Of a stretch of DNA of 64,000 bases, positions 28,101 to 40,100 are shown one piece after another. Origin of the DNA: Raillietiella orientalis (taxonomy: Eukaryota); assembly GCA_036172245.1 (NCBI GenBank), contig JAYWIR010000057.1, positions 372,001 to 436,000 on the forward strand, read 5' to 3'. A model generated the notes under the pieces. The model was given only the letters and a program-made list of their open reading frames with translations, made no database searches and was not told where the DNA came from. Position 1 is the stretch's first letter. Each line of letters starts with the position of its first letter. The position numbers and the translations under genes are program-made.

Positions 28101-31100
28101 TTTGGCGGGGACAAAGGGATTTCGTCCATCCTTCAGTCCGCATGGCACGACCTCCGGTTCTTTGCCTCTCGACGCTTGCGGGAGACTTTCAGTTGTCTCT
28201 CAAAAAACGCTGCCCTCAGGTCATCCATCTTTCCTTTCACCGAGACGGGTCCGAGACCCTCCAATCCCTTCCTCCCCCTGAACTCTTCCGCATTCAACTC
28301 TATCCTGAGGGCATGCCGGACGCACTCTTCGGTCGGGTTGCGGTGGTCGCGCACGCGCGGTTCGCCGCGGCAAAGCAGCCTCAGGCGCGCGGGTAGAGAG
28401 GGTCCAGGCTCCCACCGGTCCTCTTCCAGACTCCCCCTCCTTCCGTCTGGTTCCGTGCACGCGCAGCTCTTCGGCCCGAGAGCCGACTCCAAGCCCCCCC
28501 TTCCCCCCCCCCCCGGAGGGCGCGTTCCCGATAACTCGGAGAACGCGGGAACTCGCTCTCACAGCACGCCATATCACGGGGAAAGGCCCACTCCAGCTGA
28601 GGAGCGTTACGGAGGCTGTCGAAACGAGGAAGCCGGAGTGGGGGAGTTCGTTTCCCCTGCGCGCGCCCAGCGCACGTGGCAAAGTCTTGATCGCTGGCCG
28701 ACAGTCGGATAGCCCCGACGGCAGAGTGTGGCGGGGCCGACCGGGGATGTGCGACCTCTCCCGGAAAGCTCAGCCTCGAGCGTTTTTGAACTTCCGCCCA
28801 GACCAGGGTCCGCCATCTCCACTACCGCGCAGAGCTCTAGGGCCTGCCGAGTCGACGGCAGCGACCATCCTTCCACCTGCCCGCAGGCCGGCCACGGCCT
28901 TCGGAGCCGCTCCCGGATGAGACCAGAGTCGGCTCGCTACCAAAGTCCTCTGTGCTCCTGCGTACATTGGGAGCGGCAGAAGAGCATCCGATCAGGGCTG
29001 GGGAACCCAAGGACAATCAGGGGAGAGAAGGCCGCACCTCGTACATCTGCGCGCGGAACTCCATGCAGGGGGCGACGGAGGACCTCGGAGACGCGCCAGA
29101 GTACGCAGGAGCACCAGTGCCAGGAGAAAGGCGCACAAGACACCCGTCCTGCGTTCTCTTGAAGAGTGCCCCGAGCGCGCACCGTTCGAATCCCCCGCAG
29201 AGGATGGGCGCCGGAAATGGGGGATACGTCGTGGGTTTACGGCAGGACGACTCCAGGCTTCGGAATGACTCCCGCGAGCCATGGAGGCCGGACTCCCCTT
29301 TCTAGGAGTCACGGTGCTTCGAGGTCGCCCTCCGGTTGCCGTAAGCGAGTCGACCTGACTCTCCCTCTCTCGGGCGGGGTCCTGTCTGGGATCGGTGCCG
29401 AGGACCGCGAAGAAGGGAACAGTCGGATGTATCCTCGGCCTTCGCTCGCCAAGAGCCTCCTGGTGCCTGCGACGTGGCTGGGGGCCACGCGGCTCAAAGT
29501 GGGCCTCCCTTTTTCCACGGCCGAGAGGCTGAGGAAGGGCCGGCCACCCTGCTGCTGAACTCCACAGGCAGGCGGTCGGTACTGACGTATAGGTACAAGC
29601 GGGGAGGAGCTGCCTCTCGCGAGTGGCATCCCTGGAAACACAAGAGCAGGCTTCTTCTGCAGCTACTGTGCTGAGCTGCGGAGGCGATGGAGAGAGGGAA
29701 ACAGTTCGACAGAGATGGCTCCAAATTCTGTTCGCGAAAGGACCTGCAGAGCGGCGCATCTGGCGTTCTACGAGCCACTGGCAGCAGGGCACACTCCAAA
29801 CAAAGCGATCGCCCGCGTTGGCGCGGCCGTGCGGCCATGGTCTCCGCGCGTGGCACCGAGTGTCGCGGGTTTCGATTTCCCCCCAGCAAGATGACCTTCT
29901 GGTTGGCCTGTAGGTTGTGGATGCGACACTGGCGGAAATCGGATGCCCTTGTTGACTGACCTGGATTGGAAGTTGACCCTCCGGGGTCCTTCCGGGAATC
30001 AAGAAGCCGCTTTGGGGTTACCTCTGGTTATGAAATTGGGGCGGGCCCTCCTTTCGTGGGGGGACCTCCATAGCGTACCATGGAGCTGGTGGATTGATGA
30101 TGCCTCTCCAGAGTGTGAAGAATCGCGCTGCTCCCGTCGGGGAGGCGTCCTTAGAGAAACTAGGAAGCGTCCCTTCGGGGTTCTCCTCAGAAGAGGAAAC
30201 GAGGAGCAGTTGCCTTGTGGGTTCCCTCCTGAGAAGAAATTCCAGGAGAGGATCCTTTCCGGGTTCCCTTCGGAGAAGAAACGAGGAGTGGCTTCCCCTC
30301 CTGAAGGGGTATCTCCGGAGAGAACAAGGGAGAGGTGCTTTTCTTCAGGGTTCCCTCCCAAGCGTGAGAGGAACGGATTCTTTCCTCCAGAGCCGGGTCT
30401 TCGACTGCAGAGTCCTTGCTTCGTGCAAGCCATCCAGACCGCAGCTTGTGGGAGGAAGGCGGAAGAGTTTGCAGGCTCGGGGATGCGGTGATTGGTGGGC
30501 CTCCTTTCCTGAGAGACAGGGGCCAGCAGGAGATGAAGCATAACGGGCAAGCAAAGGAGCGCCCTCTTCGGAGTTGGGCGCTCGATTCCGATGGGGAACC
30601 TGAGGCCTTCCGGCGCTGCTGGAACTCCTCCGCGGATCAGAGTGGGTTCCCGCGCAAGTCAGCCCCTCCTCACATCTGGAAAGTGGAAGGAAAGGGTCCG
30701 TCCTTTCGAACTTACCAGCAGCTTAGGAAGACGCGCGGATGGTGCCTTTGGGTGACTGCAAGGACGAGATCAAGAACTCAATGCACAAACGAAAGAATTT
30801 TTTTTCATCGGTCGTTGGAGTCTGCCCCTCCTCTCGTGTCGCAGCTGTTCTCTTCCCAAGACCCCAAATGATGGAACGCTTCGGAAAACAAGACCAGCCG
30901 TTCGCCTCGAGGCAAACGATGGAGTTCGTCTGGTCTCTTCTGGAGTGCTGTGAGCTCACAGTCCTTCGGTCTTGCAGCTTGAGGATTTGGGGAAGACGTG
31001 CCCCACATCTCTTGTTGACCTTTTCGAGCGACTCTCTTTGCTGATCTGGAATCAGTGGGGAAACCCTCCCCCTCCCGGAAAGAAATTTGCATCCACCGAT

Positions 31101-34100
31101 TTACGCCATCGATCCTGATAACGTTCGCTTCGAGCGAGTGAAAAGTCTTCGTCGCCACGCACGGGTTGCTCGCCGCGGAAGCACTTCACCAGAGACCTCG
31201 TCCTCTCGCCCACGGTAGTGTCCTGGGCTGCGTCGTCCAAACGGACGCTTGCGCACAATCTCGTCGAGGGAATGTCGGGTCAAAATCCCACTTTCACCGC
31301 CGCTGTCGTCATTACTGATGCAAAATTCTAATCGGATCCTGGAACACTGAACCGATGATCTGTTCCCTCTTTCCGAAATACCCGTATCCCCGCGAGGGAA
31401 AGCAGGGTGGCGTGGCGTCAGAGAAATCCACAACGCTGGTGGTAATGCAACTCGGCTTGGAGTTCCTTGCTAGAGGGATGGTGGCATTCCATTGCTCCTC
31501 CTTCCGATGCGCTTTTTCGTCAAGATGCGGAGTTGTCTGCGGTGACGGCCGTGTGGCTGCCGTCTCCGAGCATGGCACCGAACGTTGCGGGACTCGAACC
31601 CGTAACGCTTGTTACCAATCCACCCGGGGAAGGATCGATGCCAGAGAAATGAAGGGTGCGTCGTGAGTTTCCAGTCCCCCCCGCAGGATGACGCTGGTTG
31701 GTCTGAAGATTTCGGGTGTGGCTTTGATGAAAGCAGGATGACCCCCTTGACTGACCGGGATTGGAAGTTGACCCTCCAGAGTCCATTCAAGTAGTCGGTT
31801 CTCTTCGGGGTTCCCTTGCGGTTGTGGAAATGGAGCCATACCATAGAGCTGGTTGATACCCCCCCTCGGGGGCTGGTTGTCTCTCTAGAGTGTTAAGAAG
31901 CGCATTGCTCTCTTCAGGAAGCGTCTTTCAGGAAAGGGAACAAGAAGAGATTAACAACAGCAGATCCCCGGTCAACACCGGGATCTGCTGAAATTGTTAC
32001 ATGCTGATGGGATCGCCGAAAGGTAGAGATCATTGGGGCCGAAGATTTCGGCACTTTTATGTTTAACGTGACCTCTCAGGCGTTCACCAAGCAGGTCTTG
32101 AGCAGTGCCTTCGATATCAGCTGCAGCTGTGTGCCCGCTCTCTCCTTCCGGGCGTTCACGCACGATGTGCGATAGCAAGCAGCCCTCCGGGTAATTCAGA
32201 CATCAGTCGATTCCAACAAGATCAAAAATTCCGCTCCATCTACTCCTTGGGCCGAAGTTTCCGATGGGAATTCTTTGCGCCGCAGGCGGTTGGCGCGCGT
32301 TCGTTCGTCACGGACGCAAGCGAGCTCCATTCCGCTGCTGATTCCCATTTTCATAGACGGGATTCTGACCGATCGGATGACTTTGCAACAAAATCCAAGT
32401 TTCGCTTAGCTCCTCCATGATTGGTTAGGAGGAGCTGCAGCTCCCAAACCGCCGGTCTCCTGCGAAACGAGCGGCTGGGTGGCAGCACCTCGCACCGGGC
32501 TGCGTCTCGCCGGGGACCGCCGCGCTGCTGGTTATACGGGAGCACGCGGCTGTCCTCGACGTGAGATCTCAGTCTTAAGTGGATTTCCCTTCCTCGGGAT
32601 GGTCCATCGTAAAGAGACAGCTCCCCTTGAAGGGCGGGAACTTCCCGAACTGAAAGTCGAGATCGCCCGTTCCCGCGTGACCCGACAGCGACAGAATATT
32701 CTAGTTCGCTCTCCTCGCCAGGGAGGTCGATTCCTGATGGACCAATAAGCCCATCAGCAGCTCGTGTTTCGAGCAAAGCTTCAAATTTGTTGCTGTGAAG
32801 GTGCACACAATTGTACGTATTTCAGAAAGGTACCATCCGCACATCAGAGGCCTTGTATCTCATGCAACCAATCGTTTTTTTCGATGATCGGGAGAGGATC
32901 CTGCACAAGATCGTTAAGAAACTCATCAACTATTCGTCAAACTGGTCAGCTAGTCCACAATCCTTCTGTGCTCAGGAAGGTAACGAACAAAATGCAAAAT
33001 TCTACGAAATGTGTCTGTTGAGCGCGTTCCTTCCCGCTGCTGTGCTTCTGGAACGCTCCCTTGCGATCGAAACACGCGAGCGTTCCCCAAGGTCCTGGAC
33101 ACGATCCACAAAGGACGCCCCCCACTGATGACAGCCAGGGCTCCACAAGTGGCTTGGCGCGATTCATCCTCAGCCTCCTAGGTTCCTCCTCGCGTTGCCA
33201 GTTCCAGCACATCCGGCATCCGTTCATCTCAAGTAGTTGGATCTCTCCCGTTGTGCAGTCGTTTCTGCAAGGGACGGACGTGTCTGATCTGCTTCAGATT
33301 GCGAGTAGCCTTCATGAAGCTGTTCGCTCAGATTTCGTCTGCATTGTCTCGGCGCGGGCAGAAGACATGATGTTTGCCTCGCTGGAATTCCGTTCAGGCT
33401 GTTCCGTTTCGAATTCCGTCTCGATCAGCATCCCCAAATTACGGATGGGACTCTCGTTCCTCTGTTCATCGTGCCAGGAAACGTTTGGGGAAAGATTCGC
33501 CTCATCACCTCCCTCCGGTGACGAGGAGCCTTGCAGAACATTTCGTCCACGGCAAATCGTCCTCGAAATTTGGACCTGTCAAAGATGTCCATGAGCATAT
33601 TTGGTCCACGGTTCATAAAGGATTTGTTTTCGTACCGTTTCATTTACGTTACTGTCATTGTGGTCCGCGATGAATTTCAGACTGCACTCTTTTCCTGCTC
33701 TTCCTCTTCGTCAGGTTTGAGCAGGGGTTCCTTTTGAGTCGATGAGCTCGCAATAGACGTGCGCGGTCATTCAGCTTTGCGTTCGCTACGTCTGCCAGCG
33801 ATCTCGTCTAGATGGTGCCTCGATTGGGTCCATGTCGCCGTGGAGCTGGCGGCCGCATTCGAGCATGCCCACCAGGAATCCGGGTGACGACTCGTTCGCT
33901 GCTTTGCTGTTCGTCTCTCAACACTTCAATAACTATTATAGCCCAAGGACGTCTTCTGAGCATACGCGTTTCAGGCGAGACCAAATGTGCTCTAACCGAC
34001 AACGAACGTTGAAAGAGTGTCGAATTCCCTGAGCTTTCGGATTGCAAGGCAAATATTTAAGGAAGTGTTCGGCAGCAGCGCCTCCGTCTGCTAAGCAGAA

Positions 34101-37100
34101 ATGTTGTCTGGACGCGCGAAGATGCCTGAGGAAAACGCCATCCTCTCACGCAGCCAGCGCAACTACCGAATGAAGGTCTCGGATTTCTCGGCCCAAGCAT
34201 TTTTCATCGAGTCTTCCCCCATGAAGGGGCCTCAAGATGGGAGCTGCCTCGAGTTTAGCCCCATACGTTCACCCCTCCCCTCCCAGAATGTTCGCCAAAG
34301 TCAGATGAACCTCTGCAAAGCAGCAGAAGCGCTTGAGCCGTCCAGTCTGCAAAGAGGACTCCTTGTCTTTTTGTACTGTTACAATCTTTCCTTTTCCCGG
34401 ATGCACGTGTCTCTGTCCAGAGCCGTGGCCAGCTGGACCCACCGAAAAGACTGTACTGGAAATGTGTGAACCGAAGCGACCTTTCCCGCACGGTTTCGCG
34501 CAGGCTGACGCTCCCACCCGCTTCACATTAGGAATGTTCGTCCTTCCGTACTTTCTTTGCTGTTTCTAGCGAGGGTTGGTTGATGGTGCACCTGGACTTT
34601 GATGGAACCACACGTTTATCCCTTGGCTGTGCTTTCAGAATTTTCTACAGGAAGCAACGTCCAGGAACCTGCGCGAAGAAGATACAAGAGATCGTTCTCT
34701 CACGATTACCACTTGGAAGTGATGGTGGTTGCGGATTACGCCATGGTGCAGAAACATGGTGACAACGTAGAACGTTACATCCTCACCCTCATGTCCATGG
34801 TAAGGTGGTGGCTGACGGACAGCTTTTTTCCCCTTCAACTCCGGTGTAATGACGACTTGTTTTTTCCTCTTATCATGATACCCACTCGTGACCTTCGCAG
34901 ATGAAAGAATGCTGATGGTCAGCGAAAGGATGTCTGTCGTGCTGCAACCGCCGTTATCGTGTGTTTTCATCATTTCGTGATGGGGTTTCTTTGCTATTTT
35001 GAGTGAATTGCATGTGGTTTGACACGTTGTGGATGACCCCAACTCATCTCCTTGAAGCAGCGGGCAGTAGGTCGGGTCGGAAGCAGTCGTAGGTCTTGTG
35101 TATCGCAAGGTTGCCATAATAGCTACTGAGGCTGTCGACATTATGCTAACCACTGTTCATGCACGCACGCGTGGAAGCGCAACTCTAAAATTCATCTGCC
35201 GACCCCAGGAGACGCCAGTGCCGCGGCGCCGAATGTCGCGGGTTCGAATCCCACCTGGGGAAGGAGTGACGCAGGAAACAGAGTGTGTGCAATGGGGTCC
35301 GAGTGCCCCCCGCGAGATGACGCTGGTTAGCCCACGGGCTTTGGATGCGGCACCAATGGAAGCAGGATGCCCCCGTCGACTGGCCGGGATCGGAAGATGA
35401 TTCCCCGAGGTCCTCCCAGAAATCAAGAAGCCCTTCTGGATTCCCTTCCTGTTGTGAAAATGTAACCGTTCCATGGAGCTGGTTGATATCCTCCTCAGGG
35501 CTTGGTTGCCTCTCCAGAGCGTAAGAAGCGCTCTACTCCCTTCGAGGTTCTCTTCAGAAGAGGAATCAAGGAGCGGTTCACCTGCAGGTTCCCCTTGGAG
35601 AAGAAATTCCAGGAACGGATCCTTCCCGGGTTCCCTTTGCAGAAGAAATAAGGAATAGTCCTTCCTCCTGGGGACTTAAGGAAGAGGTGGTTTCTTTCGG
35701 GGCTCTCTTCGGAGACAAACAGAGAGAGGGTTCCCTTCGGGGTTCCCTCCCAGGAGTAAGAGAGGAACGGACTCCTTCCACCGGAGCCTTCCTGGATTCA
35801 TAGGGTGGTCCCCTCCCGGGGTACCTGTTCCCTGTCAGCTTTCGCCATGCAAAAGTTGGCCGCCCAAACCGTCTTCGGCTCAGTTCAGTCTGGTGGATGA
35901 CGGTAAAACGAGGGATGTAGGCGCATCTGCTCCCGCAGGCTCCATTTCCCGGATTCCTCCTCCCCTTACACGAGTGCACACCCGGGACCCTCCGCGACTT
36001 AATCCTTGGCCTCCTCGCAGCTGGATGAGCATCGCAGCCTCCTCTCGGACAGGGATGTAAGCTGTCAGTCCTTCCATGGACCACTCCATCTCCTCCCTTT
36101 GCTCCCCTCCGCCTCCCGACCCCAGGAAGGGCGCGCCAGCGTCTCTCACGCACTCGCCGTGGCGCAGCCTTCGGAGCTCGGCCATCCTGGCAACTCCCGG
36201 AGACGCGGTTCCGTCCGGCCGTCCGCTCCTCGAGTTCCTCGTTTCCTGGGAGTTGGCGCTTCGGTGGCTGTGGAGTTGCGCGCCGGATGAGGTTCGTCTT
36301 CCAAGCGCTAGCCGGTCTCTACCACACCGCCTCGGCTACCTTCGATCTGCCGGGGGTCGAGTGATCCCTCGGGGAGATGACACGCGGGCGAGCGCTCCTC
36401 TAGCGGCGGCCGTCAAAGAGGGCGCAGAAAGAGGGATAAGCTCCGTTGACCCGAAAAGCCGGGTTCCGTGTCTCCCGGTCACCTCGGTGGAGAATAGATG
36501 CAGCAGCATCCACTCCCGATGAGAGGCCAGCTGTTGCCTTGTTCCCCCCGACGATCCGCTTCCGCTCGGGAGTCCTGCTCAGCTCGCCTTTACCGCCCTC
36601 TCCAGGCCGCCGTCCTGTTCTCCGACTCCTCCCTCGGGAACTCCCTCATCGTGTCCGTGGTTCGGGTGATCGTGGAGCGCGAGCGGAAGGAGTTCTTCGA
36701 CGACACCGACTCGCCCTCCAAGGGCGCCTTCATCAACACCACATACTCCAACTTCTGCCAGTGGCAGAGCAAGCAGAACGACGGCTCCGAGGAGAAGCGC
36801 TTCGACGTCGCCGTGCTCATCACCAGGTAGGAGCGAGAAGGGGAGGGGACGCGGCGGGCTGGGAGTGGGAGTGCGGGGATGCATCCCGAGCGTTCCCAGG
36901 AGGAACCTGTGCCGCTCCAAGGACTCCTGCGACACCCTCGGGCTGGCGGACCTGGGCACGCTCTGCGACAGCCACAGGAACTGCGCGGTGGTCGAGGACA
37001 ACGGACTGAGCGCGGCGTTCACCATCGCCCACGAAATAGGCCACCTGTAAGGTCCGCTTGGCGAGTGGAAAATATCAGGCCTCGCTCCCGGGAGTCCCAG

Positions 37101-40100
37101 GTTCAACATGCGCCACGACGACGACGCCAAGTGCGACAGATTCCGAAGGGACGCGAACATAAGCAACAACGTCATGACCCGCGTCATCGGGTCGAGCAAC
37201 CACCTCTGGATGTGGTCCAACTGCTCACGCCACTTCGTCACCGAGTTCCTGGAGTAAGGAAAGCGCCAACTACCCCCCCTCTCTCCCCTCGCCTCCCCTT
37301 TCCCGGAGGGGGAGGCGAGGGGGAGGGCGGACACGCCCTCGCCTTTCCGCGCTCTCCCGAGCCGCCTATCTCGCGCGTTCCAGCAGCGGGAACGGACGAT
37401 GCCTGCTGAACCGGCCCTCCAGAAACCTGCTCGCTGACGTCACCAGGCTTCCCGGGAGCGAGTTCGACCTCGACGACCAGTGCGAGCTGGCGTTCAATCA
37501 CAGCTACAAGGCTTGTCCCGTGGTGAGTTCCCCCTTCTCTCCTGCTCCTCCTCTTCCTCCCCTTCCTGCTCTCCTCCCTCCAGGACGATGACCTTCTGCG
37601 AAAGCGTCCCTCCTTCCAGAAGCAGCTGCAAAAGTGCGAGGCGCTGTACTGCACGCTGAAGAACGACAGCCGCACCTGCCTCACCTACAACCTGCCTTGG
37701 GCAGATGGGACGGCTTGCGGAGAGGGTCACTGGTGTTACAGAGGCGTCTGCGTTCCCCAGTCCGCGGCGGAGGAGCCGGTTCACGGAGGCTGGGGAGACT
37801 GGCAGAAGTAAGTCCCCGGCTGGGAAGGGGAGATCCCTTGTCCCCTGTTTTCTTTCACCCTCCTCCCTTTCCCCTGAGGGACGGGATGGATTGTTCTTTC
37901 CTGACCGCGTTGCTTCCTCCTCCCTTCCGACTTGAGTTTCCTTCTCGCCTTCTGGATGACGTCCGTTCTTCAGCTTGCCGTCGATGAAGGAGTTAACGCG
38001 AGTACCCCCTCCTCCTCTTCCTGCTCTTGCGGAGCTGCGGCTTCGTCTTTGGAGCTGAAGAGGAGGAGGAGACCTCATCCACACTCGGCTTCCCTCCTTT
38101 CTTCGCTGTTGTCCACCCTCTAGCCGAAGAAGGAGAGAGTTCTGAGGGTGAGGGTGGGAGAGAGGGATTCGGGCGGACCAACCGAGGGACCCACTCAGCT
38201 CCGCGGCAAAGGTCGCGTTCCCGGGGACCTTCGATGGAACGCTGCTGCAATGCTGCCTTATCGCAAGGGGAGGGAACGGAAGGGCAATGGCTGACCTCGG
38301 AAAGCAGCTGCTGGAGTGGCGGAGGAGGCGCCTCTTCCGTCACCGACGGAAGAGGCGCCTCTTGGCCTCCAAAGTGTCAACCAAGCCCCGCCCACATTGG
38401 CTTCCAGATGAAGATGCGCGCGGCTGGAGGGGTTGTGCCGAGGGCTCTTCATGACTTTTCCCCTCCGGTGAGAACTCGGAAGTCCTATGGGGGCTCTTCT
38501 TCTGCACATCTCCGCAGCCACCGAAGCATTCCTGGACTCATACCAGGAGGAAGAGGCGGAAGATCAGCACCGTCCGAGGCACACCCTTTCAAGGAGACGC
38601 GGGAAACCGGTCAGCCTGGGGATGGAAGCATCCGAGGGTCGCGTGCGGGGCTGGAAAGAAGGAGAGGCGCACCACGGGGGCTCTGACGAGTGACCCGTTG
38701 CTGCGAAGTGGTCGCATCCCAGGGTGCCCATGGAAATCCGCTGCCGAGGGGTACGACACGCGGGAGCTGCCAGGAAACCGATGGAAGGCGGAAGGAGAAG
38801 GAGCGGCGAAGACTGGCCTGCAGTCGACAGGCGACCGCGTGCGAAGTCGGGGAGGAGGGCGGTGGCCCCATCGGGAGGCTCCTGGCAGTGGAAAGGAGGA
38901 GACTCCGCCAGGGATGGGATTCACAGGGCAGCAGGGACTGAGCAGATGAAGCCACGGGGATGCGGCGGGAATGACGCCCACGGTGAGGCGACGCCGTGCC
39001 ACAGGCGCCTTTGATCGGGGGTGGGGTGGAGGGGAATCTTATGACAAGCCTCTCAACGCATATCGTGGTCATTTGCTGCCTCGGGGTCCTGCAGCTCTCT
39101 GGAAAGCTCCAGGCGCTTGTTGCCGAGGGAATCTGTCCTCCAGTTATGCGAGGGAAGCTTAGCGCCATGACCCCTCTCCCTTCAGGGCGGGGTCAAGCAG
39201 AAGGAGCTTTCCAGCGCCCGGAGATCGCCACGCGCTCTTTCGGTGCTGAGGCGCAGCAGGCGGAGGATCTTCTGCAGCTCGTGGTCTCAGGTCTGGGGGG
39301 ACGTATTCACGGAGAACGGCGAGAGTGGATGGGCAGCAGGGCTCAGGACCGACCCCGCTCGCGTTCAGAGAGCGGTTAGCCCGGACAGCCTCCCTTCGCT
39401 CCATGCCGGGAACACGCGCGCGCCGGGAGGCCGCCTCCCTTGTCACTTGTGCTCCCCCCTTCCCTTTCTAGGAAGCCGTGCTCCCGCACCTGCGGGGGCG
39501 GAGTCATGATGCTGGTCCGACACTGCACGAACCCCGCCCCGAGCAGAGGCGGGAGGTACTGCATCGGTGCCAGGGTGCGCTACGAGTCCTGCAACACCGC
39601 CGACTGCCCCGTGGATGCCGTGGACTTCCGGGAGCTGCAGTGCAACCTGCACGGGAACAAGCACTACCGCGAGTACAACGTATCCGAGTCCACACGCTGG
39701 AAGCCGGTGTACAAAGGCAGTGAGTGGGGCCGCTGGGGTCCCCATCCCTCCGCGACCCCTACTGCGTGCAGTCGACAAGAACCGCCGCTGCAAGCTGTAC
39801 TGCGAGGCCGAAGGCAGCCACTTCTTCCTGAACGAGAAGGTCACCGACGGCACCTCCTGCGGCATCGACACGGACGACATCTGCATCAACGGGATGTGCG
39901 TCCAGGCTGGCTGCGACCGAAAGATCAAGTCGGAGCTGAAGCTAGGTAGGCGCACGCGCGAGGAGGGAAGAGTGACCAAGGGTCCTCCCGCCTCCCTTTA
40001 CAGATCGGTGCGGCGTCTGTGGAGGCGACAACGGCACCTGCCACGACGTGTCCTTCGTGTACAACAGGACGGTGCACGCGGGCTACAGCGACATTGTCGA

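Noticed and set aside
28921..29270. Frame with RPHLVH and RARVRRS resembling a prodomain and furin site
   Set aside because: No convincing splice sites and it runs into a family A relic. Exon 32826-32979 fits the phases and motifs better.
34570..34638. Longer exon 4 from ttctag or the ORF start at 34599
   Set aside because: There is an in-frame stop at 34581; the tttcag acceptor at 34638 matches exon 3's phase.
35535..35790. CRISPR-like periodic repeats
   Set aside because: Degenerate units with no unique spacers, a eukaryotic context and no cas genes.
38100..39400. Gag, zinc-knuckle or protease-like hints in intron 9
   Set aside because: The hints are weak and fall on conflicting strands; only the family D nucleotide match is supportable.
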